Assembly (NCBI GenBank): GCA_964106915.2
Contig: OZ066914.1
Source: Podarcis gaigeae
Taxonomy: Eukaryota
Reading direction: 5' to 3' (one strand)
DNA length: 64,000 bases
The notes under the pieces were generated by a model that was given only the letters and a program-made list of their open reading frames with translations, searched no databases and was not told where the DNA came from. Of the stretch, positions 1-12,428 are shown piece after piece (within the stretch, counting starts at the first letter, position 1; each line of letters starts with the position of its first letter). The position numbers and the translations under genes are program-made.

Positions 1-1801
1 AACCCAACATAATTCTGAAAGGCAATGTTTTCATAGGCGGATGGATGTTTCTGGAGGGCAGAGCCTAAATGTGACTAAGTTCTTCTTAGCTCATCTTTTC
101 TGCAGTTGTTTCCCCCTCTGCATTTGTATCCCATTCATTTGTCGAGATCTGCATGTGTCTTGAATCTGACCCAAATGAGTTGCTCGTGGGAACGAGGGGG
201 CAGGTCATTCTCAGCTCCAGCCTCTGGAACTCCTCCTTGCCAGAAATGTGTCTGAGCCAAACTGTGACTTAGATTTAGAAAGGACTTTAAAAAATGCTTT
301 CCATTGTTCTAGCCTTCTATAAATGGCAGGCACTGGAATTTCACTTGGCAATTAGTATCCTTCCTTGGCTCTTATAACCCCCATTCAGAAGAGTTCTATA
401 GCTAGTTTCAGTAGCTTGGAAGGAAATTGGGCAAAATTTATTCCCTCTTTCTTTGGCTAGCTGAATTATGCAAAGTGCCCACAGGTTTTGCAATTGTAGG
501 CAAAGTTAAACAAATAGAATAGTTAATTTGGAATGTTCTTGGTAGGTCATTTTTGTAAGCAAAGCATCTTAGAGAGTATAGTTTTAGGAATATAGGCATT
601 CAAAAATTCTGGTTACACACCACGTTATTGAGCATTATAACAACAGAATCTCATCGGATTTCCTGCCCTCTCTTTTTCCATCGCTGCTTCTCAGAAATAC
701 TAGCTGGGAAGAACTGCTTTAATGAATCAATTAAAAATTAACAATACATGCTCAATTTCCATTTTCCCCCAATTAAAAGAGAACAAAAGTTTTATGCATT
801 TTAAGACTGACTTTCTGTCTTACGACAATCAATGAGCTGAATATAAATTCTGTGATCTGGAAGTCCTTGGGGCTGCAGTGCCCACACAAGCAGGGGCAGC
901 TGCCCCATTCAGCGTTTGCAACTTATGAAAGCACCGAGTGTTACTTACCATTGAAGAGAGAGGGATGTATGTATTCTATGTGCTTAGCCTATATGTGGTC
1001 CATGTCCAAGACTCACCTCTAAAATCTAGACACAGCTAGATTCTTCTGAGTAGCAACTCAGTTTGCTACTGGGGAGCCAAAGAGAACAAAGTTGTTTCCA
1101 GTTCAACTTAATGCACTGAGCTGGAAGGGATAGGGAACTCAATTCCCCAGGCTCTCCCATGAGTAGTAGTTTTTTATTAGCATACAAGAATAAGGTCTGG
1201 ATGTCTGCTGCCCGCCATACTTTCTGCTGGTGCCTCCACCTCCCACCAGGACATGTTTTGGAAAAGCAGAGGATGATCCATGGGATGGGTTGGGTGAGAG
1301 CTTCCCTGGGCTTGTTGTTTCAAACTTTTCTTTTTAAAAACCACAGACTCACATTTTTTCAGAACATTCTCCTTGAACCCCCATACAAGAAGAGCCGGGG
1401 GGGGGGATTTTCACAGCATTGCCTAAGATGTGCATGAATGGTACCTAATTACATTTCACTCCGAGAGTGCATGACAAAAGAGCACAGCCCAGTTGTCAAA
1501 TGTATACTGTAATAGATACACATGACCTTTTTGTAGAAGAGGATACTCAGATTCAGGTTTCAAGATGCATGTGTTAAAAGTGAACATTGGAAGGACCAGC
1601 TCTACAGCTGCTGCTGCAACAACTGCTGCCAACAAGATTAACCTGTGACATTTTTCAATAGAAGTTATTGAGTCAACTTGTCCAGATTTTGAAAAGGAAG
1701 AGCACAGTCTGAACTTGCTGCTAAAGAGAACCACAAGATTGGTGGAGAATCAAAGTTTGGATTCAGCTTAAACACTGTTGCTCAAACATAGTTCTGCTCT
1801 A

Positions 1802-1825
1802 AGGAGGAGGAGGAGGAGGAAGAGG

Positions 1826-1872
<47 letters not shown>

Positions 1873-1873
1873 C
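1802..1873. repeat. Compound microsatellite (GGA)n followed by (CAA)n
   Basis: Directly visible tandem trinucleotides. Confidence 0.97.
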
Positions 1874-2903
1874 GAGAGGTCCTATCATTGATTTAAAAAC
1901 ATGCTTTGGATAAACACACAGTTCAAAATCATTCACACACACACACACAAACACAAATATGTGTGTGAGTGTGAATTTGTGTGTGTATGCAAAAATCTTG
2001 TTTCTCTCTTGCATATACTCTTATCCTATTTAAATTTCACATCTTTTCTCCTGGGTTCTGTTCTCTTATCAACATTCTAAGGTCAATTTTGCTCCAGCGA
2101 ATCAGATGCTTGTATTGTTTCTTACTCCATCATGTAGGATCAGACAACAATTCTGGAATCAGTATGTGCTTTTTGTTATCTTACTGATTTTGATGGATTG
2201 TCATCCATGAGTTTGACTTTGCAGGGTTGAAAACATAGCATTACAATTATTTTTTTTTAGCAAAAAAACATGCCAGGAAAGTTAGACAGAAAGGTCATTG
2301 GAACAGTGTTTGATGAGGAAAGTTGCTTTTGATACTGTTTTGTAGCACATTTTTCCAGACAGTTGAATGGCACATCATTCCCATGGTTAGCAATTTATAG
2401 GGCTTGGAATTATTTAATCAGGAGATGCATATAGTTTATATGACAATCAAGTGGATGAAAATTCTGAATGGGGGAAATCACTCATACACTGAATGACACA
2501 TATTATATGCCATGTTTATCTAGAGATAATGTAACTTCAATCTGGCAGACATTGCCGTGCATGGATTTCTACTGTGGAGCTCGTTTTAAGCAGAAATGCT
2601 TAATATGTGGTGACAATAATTTAGGGCATATTGAACAAGTAAGAGCAAAATAGAAGATTTCAAATCTTTGACATACACTTCTTGTTACAAGTTGTGCAAT
2701 TTTCCAGAAGGCTGGTTACCAATAGCATGCGGAAAAATGTTAGTGCAGAGAAACCATATTTCCCTGTTAAGTAGATCCTGGGCCCAAGGAGAGACACGGA
2801 ACTGCAGGAGGACAAACGGAAATGAGGAGCTGATTGAAAACAAGATATCAGTACCTCAGGAAAGGAAGGGGAACTGGACAGAATAGGAGAGCAAAGAAAA
2901 TTA

Positions 2904-3128
2904 CAGTGGTACCTCAGGTTACACACGCTTCAGGTTACAGACTCCGCTAACCCAGAATTAGTGCTTCAGGTTAAGAACTTTGCTTCAGGATGAGAACAGA
3001 AATTGTGCTTCTGCGGCGCAGCGGCAGTGGGAGGCCCATTAGCTAAAATGGTGCTTCAGGGTAAGAACAGTTTCAGGTTAAGCACGGACCTCCGGAACGA
3101 ATTAAGTACTTAACCCAAGGTACCACTG
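2904..3128. mobile_element. Tc1/mariner (Tigger/pogo-like) non-autonomous MITE, 225 bp
   Basis: TIRs CAGTGGTACCT...AGGTACCACTG with TA on both sides (2902-2903, 3129-3130); second copy at 27503-27720. Confidence 0.92.
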
Positions 3129-3919
3129 TATCTAGCCAGGCCTGCCTTCTCTTAGAAATGGGTGCAGCTGGTGCATCAGCCTAATCTAAGCAAATAAATC
3201 TATGGTTGCAGCTGTCACTTGGGCATCTGGTGTCACAGCCGGGCCGAAAAGAACCCTCAAATGATGAACCTGCACAGGCCGGACCCTCATTTCATTACTG
3301 ACCATTAACTGAGCAGAATCACCTCTGGATTAAATTTCTGGATTAAGTTTCAGTTTAGCAATAATCCAGCTAATGAGCAGCCCAGAACCTCCACATCTTT
3401 CCAGCCATGGACAGAATAATTTGAGCGTTAAACTCAAAATCAATGTATCACCTCCCCCAGTGGTTTCATGTTGATTTCAAATAGCATGGCGGGTGGGACA
3501 GAAGTCTGTGGAATTCCCATATGCCAACGGCCAAAGGGGTGGGCAGGAAGTCCTCCAGCAGCACTTTCTGGAACTGAACCTCTGGGAAAGAAGGGAAGCA
3601 CTGCAAAATGAAGCCTCTGAGTTCCAGCCCAGCCAGGTGATCTGTTTGCTCAGACACCTGGCTTGCTCAAGACCTGTATATTTGAAAGCTGGTGAGAAAC
3701 AGTACAGTGGGGTCTATAGAGAGCTTTTTAAAAAGTGCTCTTATTTCAGCCTCATTTAAAATCAGTGGGATTATGCCTACAATTACCACTCCAGATACCT
3801 ACTCAGCCAAACCACCTCTCCATGCAATTGGCATCATGTCTCCAGGAATGCCGTCCATATCCTCAGTATTGAAAGGTAGCAAATGGAGAGGCAGGTGGCA
3901 CAGGTCCATTGGCTGAACA

Positions 3920-4035
3920 CAGAACACAGGCAGCTGCCTAGTACCATGTCAGACTGTTGGTTCACCTAACTCAGTATTGTCTCCAGCCCTCCTTGGAGAT
4001 TCTGGGGGTTGAACTTGGGATCTTCTGAATGCTAC
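3920..4035 (-). mobile_element. Degenerate tRNA-derived SINE fragment (same family as 43951-44140)
   Basis: Reverse-complement similarity to the 43951 element (GCAGCTGCC...GTCAGAC...CTCAGTATTGTC; GGGGTTGAAC B-box-like motif). Confidence 0.5.
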
Positions 4036-4296
4036 GTATGAAGGACTTAAGTATACAATCCACTCATTTTTCTGCCCACCTGAGTCTGTAGCATGTCCTC
4101 ATTCCTGAAAGAATGTAGGCCCATGGCCCAGCTCCACAGGGCCTTCTCTTCTTTGTGAACATCTGGTGCTTTGCAATTTTAATTGGGTCTGGCATAAGTG
4201 CTGTCCCAATGGGCAGTTGGTGGTAGCCTCCCCATCTCCTCCTGTGCCCCGTCAGTCCTTGTGGATTTGAGAAAGGACATTTCTTGGAAAGCAAAC

Positions 4297-4560
4297 ACAT
4301 AAAAAGAGACCTGCTGGATCAGGTCAGTAGCTCATTTAGTCCAGCATCCATTTCCCATGGTGGCCAACTATGAGGGAACCATGTACCCGAATGCCACAGC
4401 CCTCTCCCTTCCTTCAGGTCTCTGTAACTGTAATCCAAAAGCATATTGCCTCCAACTGTGGAGGTATAACAAAGCCATCGGGGGCAGTAGCCATTAGTTG
4501 TATCCTTTATGAATTTGTCTAACTAAAGCCATCTAGGCTGGTGGCCATCGGTGTCTCATG
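4297..4560 (-). mobile_element. CR1 LINE 3' end fragment
   Basis: ACATAAAAAGAGACCTGCTGGATCAGG...TAGTCCAGCATCC motif, reverse of the 51490-51770 copy. Confidence 0.65.
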
Positions 4561-7500
4561 TGTGAACAAATTTTAAGCACCATTGAAATCACAGTGCATA
4601 TGCAAAAGGATTTCATTTTATAGTTCTAAATATCGCCAGTATCTGACTTGAATAGTGCTAATCCTTGTGAACTCATCAATTTCCAAACAAATGGGCAATG
4701 ACTGCAAAAACCATGGACTGTAAAATGGAATACCTTCTTCTTGCATCTGGTTAGCACCCATCGTGTTTCTAAAAAGGCACTTGGAAATGCAAATGTTCAG
4801 GCACATCATTGGAACTGTAGAATAATAAAGGTTTCTTAAGGCTAGGAACTGAGTGTTTTACTCCCTCCCCCGCTTAAAGGAAATTTATTAAAATGAAAAT
4901 AAACTCTTTTAGGAGCAATTGTTTCATAAAAGAAACATGAGTTTGTTCTGGCAAAGATGTTTATGATTTATGTTTCACTCTGTAAACTTGGCCAAGCAAT
5001 TTCCTTCTTTCTGATTGGTGAATGCAGTGGGGTGAGGGAGGGGGGCAGGGAGCTATAGGGATGGCATCTGCTCTTGGAGCAATAGGATTATGTTTATTCA
5101 TGACCAGTTTATGCGGGAAAAATGCATCAAAGGGTTTATTTGAATTTTTGACAAATTTGCCTTGTTAAAAAAAAGTCTTTTCTTAATTGGACCTTATAAT
5201 AATAACAATGCAATGATTGCAAATGCAAATGCAAATGAGAAATAATAAGAATCTAAAGAGCTTTTTCCTCTCCCCAGGACCACTAGCGCTTGGAGTGATG
5301 GGGCATCTTTTTATAAGAACTGTTTCTAACACTAGGCTCCCTGCACGGATGTAGTGGCCATATTTAACAAGCCTGTGCTTTGCCATAGAGCTCTTCCATA
5401 TACCTTTCCCCCACTTGAGAGCAGGAGATAGGTTTATTACCATAAAAGTCAGTAACCTTCTTTCCTTGCTGACTTTCTTATGCTGAATAGGATTTTCCAT
5501 CAGTTTAGTGACTGTCACTCAGAAAGTCAGTTTTCAGAATCCCTCCTGCTTAATTTGTTAATTTTAGTAAGGAAGGGGAGAATGGCTGGGAGGGAAAATA
5601 TCTCTTAAACATTCGCCTACTCTTTTTTTTTTTTTTTAAGCTGCTTGGGTGTTCCTTATGGCCTTGTCACAGGATGCTTGCAGAGTTTGAGAAGAGACAT
5701 GCCAATACTGCTAACTTTTACAGCAATATAATCTATTGCTTTGGGAGGATGTTTTCCTTCTCCTTTGCCATCCTTATTTTCACTTGATGATCATTCTGGA
5801 TAATAGGAGTCACTGCTTTCATATAATCTGATCTTCCAAAGCCTAGGTTACTCTGTAGTGCTACAGTCAGTCTTATAATTTTTTTCAGCCTTATTTTTAC
5901 ATTGCTGTGCATAGGACTGTAGCTTAGATTGTAGAACATGCAAGATATTCCTTAGTTCTTGAATAGAGGATGTGTTCCATGCCATAAAAGGCAATGATCT
6001 GTCTCTCTCTCTCTCTCCTAATTGCATGAAGTGGCTCAGTGGTTCTGGCCACCATTATTCGTTGTTATTTTACTAACCTTTGTATCTTGTCTTTCGGCTC
6101 GTGGTTACACACACGGGATTTCCATTCTATATTCACAACAACCTCATGACACCAAGAGACAGTGTCTGGCTCAAGACTACCAGTTGAGTTACTTGGCTGT
6201 TTCTGATGCACACCCAACAAACTCTCAACATATACAAACCACTCCCACCCTGTTCATTTTGGAACTGGGTTCAGTAAATAGAACTATTCCTAGTGGAATA
6301 CGACATTGGCTTTTCCAAGCCTAGTTCTACAACTCAGACCTTGTGGCAGTCTCTGTCCCGCAGCCCCTTACTATCCCTTTCCCTTTCCATTTCACCCACA
6401 TGGTGACAGTGGAAGACAGGTTTCACTAAAGGCACCTGCAGAGGCCTCCCTCTCTGACACCTTCATACCCCACAACAGTCTCAGAAGAAACGGGACACCC
6501 CATTCCCCCCCACAAGAGCACAACCACCATTTGGGGAGCTGTGCTCTAGTGCAAATTCAGCACTTTTTGAGGGACCACAATCTTGTGCACAACAGCAGCG
6601 TTGTGTGTTGGACCTTAAAAGTCTTCAGAGTGTCGGACAACCATAACAAGGACTTAGTTGCTAGGGGGGCGGGAAGGTGATATTCTGTAGTCCATAACAC
6701 CTGGGGTGATGTTGTTACAGTGGTCAGTTGCTAAGGAAGGGCAGGCTCCAGCTCACTTATAACCCAAACCAGAGAAGATTGCGGAGTAGCAAATGCCTCT
6801 CACTTTATAATGCAACTGAGAATTATGAACTTGACAAGTTTGAGTTTTGAGCCAGGTAATTATGAACTTCAGGGACCTACTACTATCTGCTGACTACTCC
6901 ATACACGTGAGTCCATCAAATACCTGCATATCAAAGCTTTCAATAGTTGAGATTTTCATAACCACCATAGACATTTCAAATATCTCCCTTTGTAACTCTT
7001 ATAACAGAGAAGCATGAAGTGAAGGAAAAGCATCAAATGTGATCCCTCCACACTGTGGCCCTGTTTTAGGAGATTAGAGCACAGAAGAATGTCTTTGATT
7101 GGCGACCAATTAAGTAGCAAACCTGCAGGAACAGAGATCTTTTATTTGACTGCCAGATGTGGAAGCTCCAGAAGAGCATTGTTCAGGGAACGACCACTGT
7201 GAGTGGAACTCTTACTTTTTTCCTTTTGATTTTTAACTCTCATCCCTGCAGACAGAAAAATGAGGGCTCAAAATGTAGAACTCTCTGAAAGAACAGAAAC
7301 ACTTTTGTTTGTTTGCTTAAGGCCGGCTTTTGAAAAGACGAAGTGTTTTTCTCATTGTATATTCTATTTTCATTGAGGACATCTATAAATCATTCTTCAG
7401 AGTTTGGGTTTTGCAACAACAATACTCCTGGACACATGGCCTGCCCTTATGCACACATCCAAAGGGGACCACTGGCTTGACCCCAGTGCAGAAGTGATCT

Positions 7501-7792
7501 CTCCTGAGAGAGAGCCCTACAGACATTCAGTTGTGTGCTCAAAATGCTCTTCTTGGTAACCAGGAACCGTGCACTAACCAACTCTCCCCAGCTGAAAGGA
7601 AGAGCCCTCCATATGTATAGCTTACACATGCATATCCCATGCAGCCAATGAAGCTGTGGCCAGCAAACATTCTGCTGTTTGGGTAATGGAGCCAGGAGCC
7701 ACGATCCTTGCTCTTGCTTCATGTGCTTGATGAACACATGTGTGTGGGGGGTCATGTGTGCAGCTCCCTAGTCAGCCTTTTTTTGCACAAAG

Positions 7793-7890
7793 GAACATAA
7801 GAAGAGCCTGCTAGATCAGACCAAAGGCCTGTCTAATCCAGCATCCTGTTATCACCGCAGCCAACCAGATGTCTATGGGAAGCCCAAGCT
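7793..7890 (-). mobile_element. CR1 LINE 3' terminal fragment
   Basis: GAACATAAGAAGAGCCTGCTAGATCAGACCAAAGGCC...TCCAGCATCCTGT. Confidence 0.65.
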
Positions 7891-7994
7891 TAAATCAGCA
7901 ATTCTAAAGCGGCATATCATGCAATGATGTGCCTGGTGCCATCTCTATGGTAGAGTTACACAAGGAGGAATTCAACACCTCAATTGTTCCATTG

Positions 7995-8382
7995 CATACC
8001 CTCCAACATTTCTCCAATGAAAATCGGAACGTCCCATGCCATAATTATAATTTTACTATTTATACCCCACACATCTTAACTGGGTTGCCTAGCCACTCTG
8101 GGCAGCTTCCAACATATATAAAAACATAAGAAAGCAGTAAACATTAAAAACAACAACCAACCTTCCATATACAGGATTGCCTTCAGACGGCTCTGGTGTC
8201 AGAGAACCCTCCAACATTCTTCCAGTGAAAATAGGAACCTCCTACCATACCCTCCAACATTTCTTCAGTGAAAATAGGGATGTCCTAAGGAAAAGTTAGA
8301 CATTCTGGGATCAAATCAGAAACCGGGATGGCTTCTCTAAATCAGGAATGTCCCTTGAAAATAGGGACACTTGGAGGGTCTG
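7995..8382. mobile_element. Composite non-autonomous DNA transposon carrying an L2 3'-end fragment
   Basis: Terminal inverted repeats CATACCCTCCAA / TTGGAGGGTCTG; three internal copies of CCCTCCAACATT...GAAAAT; an antisense L2 3' end (CTGGGTTGCCTAGCCACTCTGGGCAGCTTCCAACA) at ~8040-8190. Confidence 0.65.
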
Positions 8383-11300
8383 CCACTGGGCAAGTTTTTC
8401 AGCTTGCAAGATAAAACAACCCCCTCTTTCCTCCCCCATATACTGTTGCATCTGAGCTCAGAACAAGGCAAATTAAACCTGTCATCCACAAACAGACACA
8501 AGCCAGACTTTACATGGTCATATAACACAAAACAATCTACATACAAACCATCCATTGAGGCAAAATCTGTTTCTTTCACAGTCATGGTTGCCTTTAACAA
8601 ATGGAACAGTTACCTGCTTCCATCTTTGCGTAAGCCTGTACTCGATGTTTCACTGATTCCTCTGCTAACGCTATCTGTGTCTCAATCAAGAAGAAAAGAA
8701 AACCACCAGGTATCTAACTAATCTAGGACTATAATGTGTGGATCCAATTCCATGGTGAGTTCTTTTCTGTTTTCCCTCTTCCGGGGCCCTGACCTCTGAA
8801 CATCCCTCTGGAAAGTGTTGCTTCTTCCCTGTGTAGATGCTGCCCCTTGGGAAATACTCCAGAATTGTCCTTATGGGTAAGCGACTGCACAGAGCTGCCA
8901 CAATATCACCCATGGTTTGTTACAGCTTATATTTATTTGCATTTTCCCAACAGACAGCTTTGGAGAGCATTGACTTACCAATTACCATAGTTCATAGGAG
9001 CAGCTACAAATTTCAATTCCCAGGGTTACTGGAACTGATTTGGGATCATATCATTATTCTGGAGCAGGTGCCGTTAAGGATGTTTCTATATTTCAGGATC
9101 TCTTGACCTTTCTTCAGGGCACACATAGCATGTCTTAATAATGAACAATGTCCACACATCAGCTCTAATTCAAACTTGAGCTCTCCCAGAGTTTGAAATA
9201 TGCACAGAGAAAGTCTATGCAGATGGTCCTGAATTTTAATATTGGAAAAAGTCACAGTAAAACAAAGTTAACTTCTAAAATTCAGTGATAAATCACAAAA
9301 TGGTAGTTATGATTCTCTGGATGTCTTAATTAAATGCATTTCTCTCTCCTAATTTGATATGGCTCAATGTCAAAGTCAAATTAGCACTGCCTCTCTCTTA
9401 TAATGCTTCAACTTGAACTGTCTGCTACAAGACAGAAATTGAATCCTGGACACAGTGTTCAGGCTCACTACTTCTTACTGCAGATCTGAAAATTAATATT
9501 TTCATTTTTTTTGCCTCATCTATCATCATAACATTATTGACTGCTACTTTTTTCAGGGTTTTAGTGCCTCTCAGAACTCAGCATGGTACGTGATTACATT
9601 TTATGGGTGGGTCCTCTGTCCAAAACAATTTTGCCCAAATGAAAACCAAATTCTGCAAGCAGAAACATCAGAATCTGTGCCCAGAGCATATCACTTATGT
9701 CTTTCGCAAGTAGCACCATCTTGTGATTGATTGCAATGAAAATCTCTTAGAAATGAAAAATGAGGTTTCCAAACCTGAAACATAGGGTTAAGGCCAGTGT
9801 GCATGCCAAGCTTCACTCATTTGATAACTTAAGGCTGGTTTATTTTAGTAATCAAACCTGTATGTATGTAATAATACTCGGCTTTCCAAAATGCAAGTCT
9901 ATTTTCACGCTGCCCTCTGCACAATCTGATTTTCATGGTCTATTGGAAGCTACCTGCTTCATAGTTATTTGCAACTTGGCTCCTGAGAATAGCTCATGAA
10001 ATATATTTTATTTTCAGAAACAGCAATTATTTGTTAGATATCCAAATATTATACAAATTTTTGTTTTTGAAAGCTAATCCTGGTTTGTTTCAGGACAGGC
10101 AAACATGCTGGAATGTATTAGGCAGATTCAACAGAATCATCTGCGCTGTTTATATTTAATATATGTGCTGCCCAAGTGAGGCTTATAAGTACAAAGGCTG
10201 TTGCACTTTTGGGAGGTTGCACACCCTTAATATTGTTAGCTTTCAAATGTATAATTTAGTATACTACACATTTTTTATAAGATCTACTTAGAGAATACTA
10301 ACCAGGTACATACAATAACATCATTAAACAGCTTAGTGCCTCAGGGTTACAGACTCTACTGCATCCTGCAAAGTAGCACTTAGAAGCATTATGAACAGGT
10401 GCTGTCACCTTGCAGTCTTTTATGAAGCATAGTCCTGGGAATGCAGAGAGAGTTAATAAGCAAGCAAATGGAACAAAGTCGGCCGGAGCCAAACTCTTCC
10501 TCTATGATGAACTACTGAGATTGTGTGTGATGAGCAGTCGAGATTCTTCATGTTTCTTCATTACCCTTTTCGTCCCCCCAAAAATGGTGCAAATGATGAA
10601 ACGCAAGGGCACTGATCACCACAGATCAGGCCCACACCCCTCACATTTAGAGGCACCTCTAAATAAAACTGCTAGCACATTTGAAAAGCTAAGCATGGGC
10701 TGGTATGCTTTCAAATTGAGGGGAGTGCATGTTGAGATTCCTGCATTGCAGGGGGTGCCTTCCAACTCTGTGATTAAATCTGAATTTCGATATGGACCAA
10801 ACCAATGCGAACTCTCAGAACCATCTGCATAGAGCAGACCACAACAAGCAGTTTCCGCATTTCTCTGAATTTTGCAATGCAGATATGCGCTCAAAAAGTG
10901 CACAGAAATAAACAAGCATATGCCAAATACATGGCATACATATATAAACTAAAACTCAAAACAAGTTTTTTTAAGTATTCCAGTACATTTTAAGTGCTTC
11001 AGTACTCCAGAGGTACCCCAACCCTGGGTGGATGTGTGGGGAATGCCACTTGGAGGGGAGTGTAAAAGTCCCCATGCACAAGCAGAGCAACCACTCATAC
11101 TGATCTATATCTCAGCTATTGTGCACACAACGTACATGGGATGCACAACCATCCTATCTGAATTCTACTGCATGAGCACATGGAAGGAAGCTATGATTGG
11201 CACCACTCTGCAAAGCATCTACATGCAATGAAAGAGCTCTACACACATTGTGTTCCTCTTTCAGATTTGACAGTGCACTTTCAATCTGCAGTCCTTAGCC

Positions 11301-12284
11301 ATAAAAGCAAGTGGCTGGACAGGTATAATTTCCCCCCAGCCCATTTTGTTAAATTTCACTTTCTTTGCTTTTGATTGATAGCGCAATGCTAGCAATCTGC
11401 GGTATAGAGACTCCTTCCTTCTCCTCGTCCAGGATGAGAGTGCAAAGCCATCTCTCCTTGCTTAGTGCCCTTGCTTGATGGGTAGATTGCATACTGTATG
11501 CTAAGTACGGCGATGACCCCTAGATGCACCCTGTCACTGATCCAGCTGCTTGCCACTGCTGAGATTATCCGCTGTGCCATCAAATCACTCCAGGACAACA
11601 CAGGTTGCCTCACCTTCACATGTGGTATTTTATAACAGGATTAAGCAGTAAGATTTGATGACACTTCACACAAGTACCATACCGTTTGCAAACATACCAG
11701 TCTCTCAATCAGATTAGCTGACAGTATGAACTCTTGCCATGGAGCAGTTGCTCATTTTGAGATCTGATCTGACAGTCTAAGAATGCAGAAAGGGGGATGC
11801 CTTCGTAAAACTAAGTGCCCCTTCTTCTTAAAAAAGAAAGGAAGATGGTATTAATGCACTGCACTGCAATGCCCCCAAGACCAGCTGCATTTTTAGAAAG
11901 AGAAATATGACCAACAATATGAGATTGGCTCAGAGGATAGGCTAAACTTGTGTGTGTGCACAGCAGCCCAGAATGCTGATACCAGAGGGCTCTCTGAGTA
12001 TGCATAACTGCAAAGGCAACATGGGGGAAAGAGTTGTCCTAGTCACATGTTGCCCATGAATCAAAGCCATGGGGAGGAAGTCAATGTTGCACAACGTTGA
12101 ACATTCCACCACCACAAACATATCAGCTCACCAAGCGGAACATTTTTCCCTCTTGTTCCCCAGCACAATTTGGGGGCTGCAGGGATGTTTAGGGGGGAAA
12201 GAGGGGGGCCCCATTGTGCATGGGACTCGTTCCTTGAATACTGACCATTATATACATTCTGCAGACTGAAGTACTTACTGTAAC

Positions 12285-12379
12285 ATTTAGGGAAGTTTTT
12301 AATGTTTGATGGTTTATTGTGTTTTTAATTCTGTTGGGAGCTGTCCAGAGTGACTGGGGAAACCCAGCCAGATGGGCAG

Positions 12380-12427
<48 letters not shown>
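12285..12427 (+). mobile_element. L2 LINE (family B) extreme 3' end with (TAA)n tail
   Basis: TTGGGAGCTGTCCAGAGTGACTGGGGAAACCCAGCCAGATGGGCAGGG matches the 3' end of 55300-55736. Confidence 0.8.

Positions 12428-12428
<1 letters not shown>

Noticed and set aside
1799-2014. ORFs with poly-V/P; similar poly-Y, poly-I, poly-L and FFLLSS ORFs elsewhere
   Set aside because: Translations of microsatellites.
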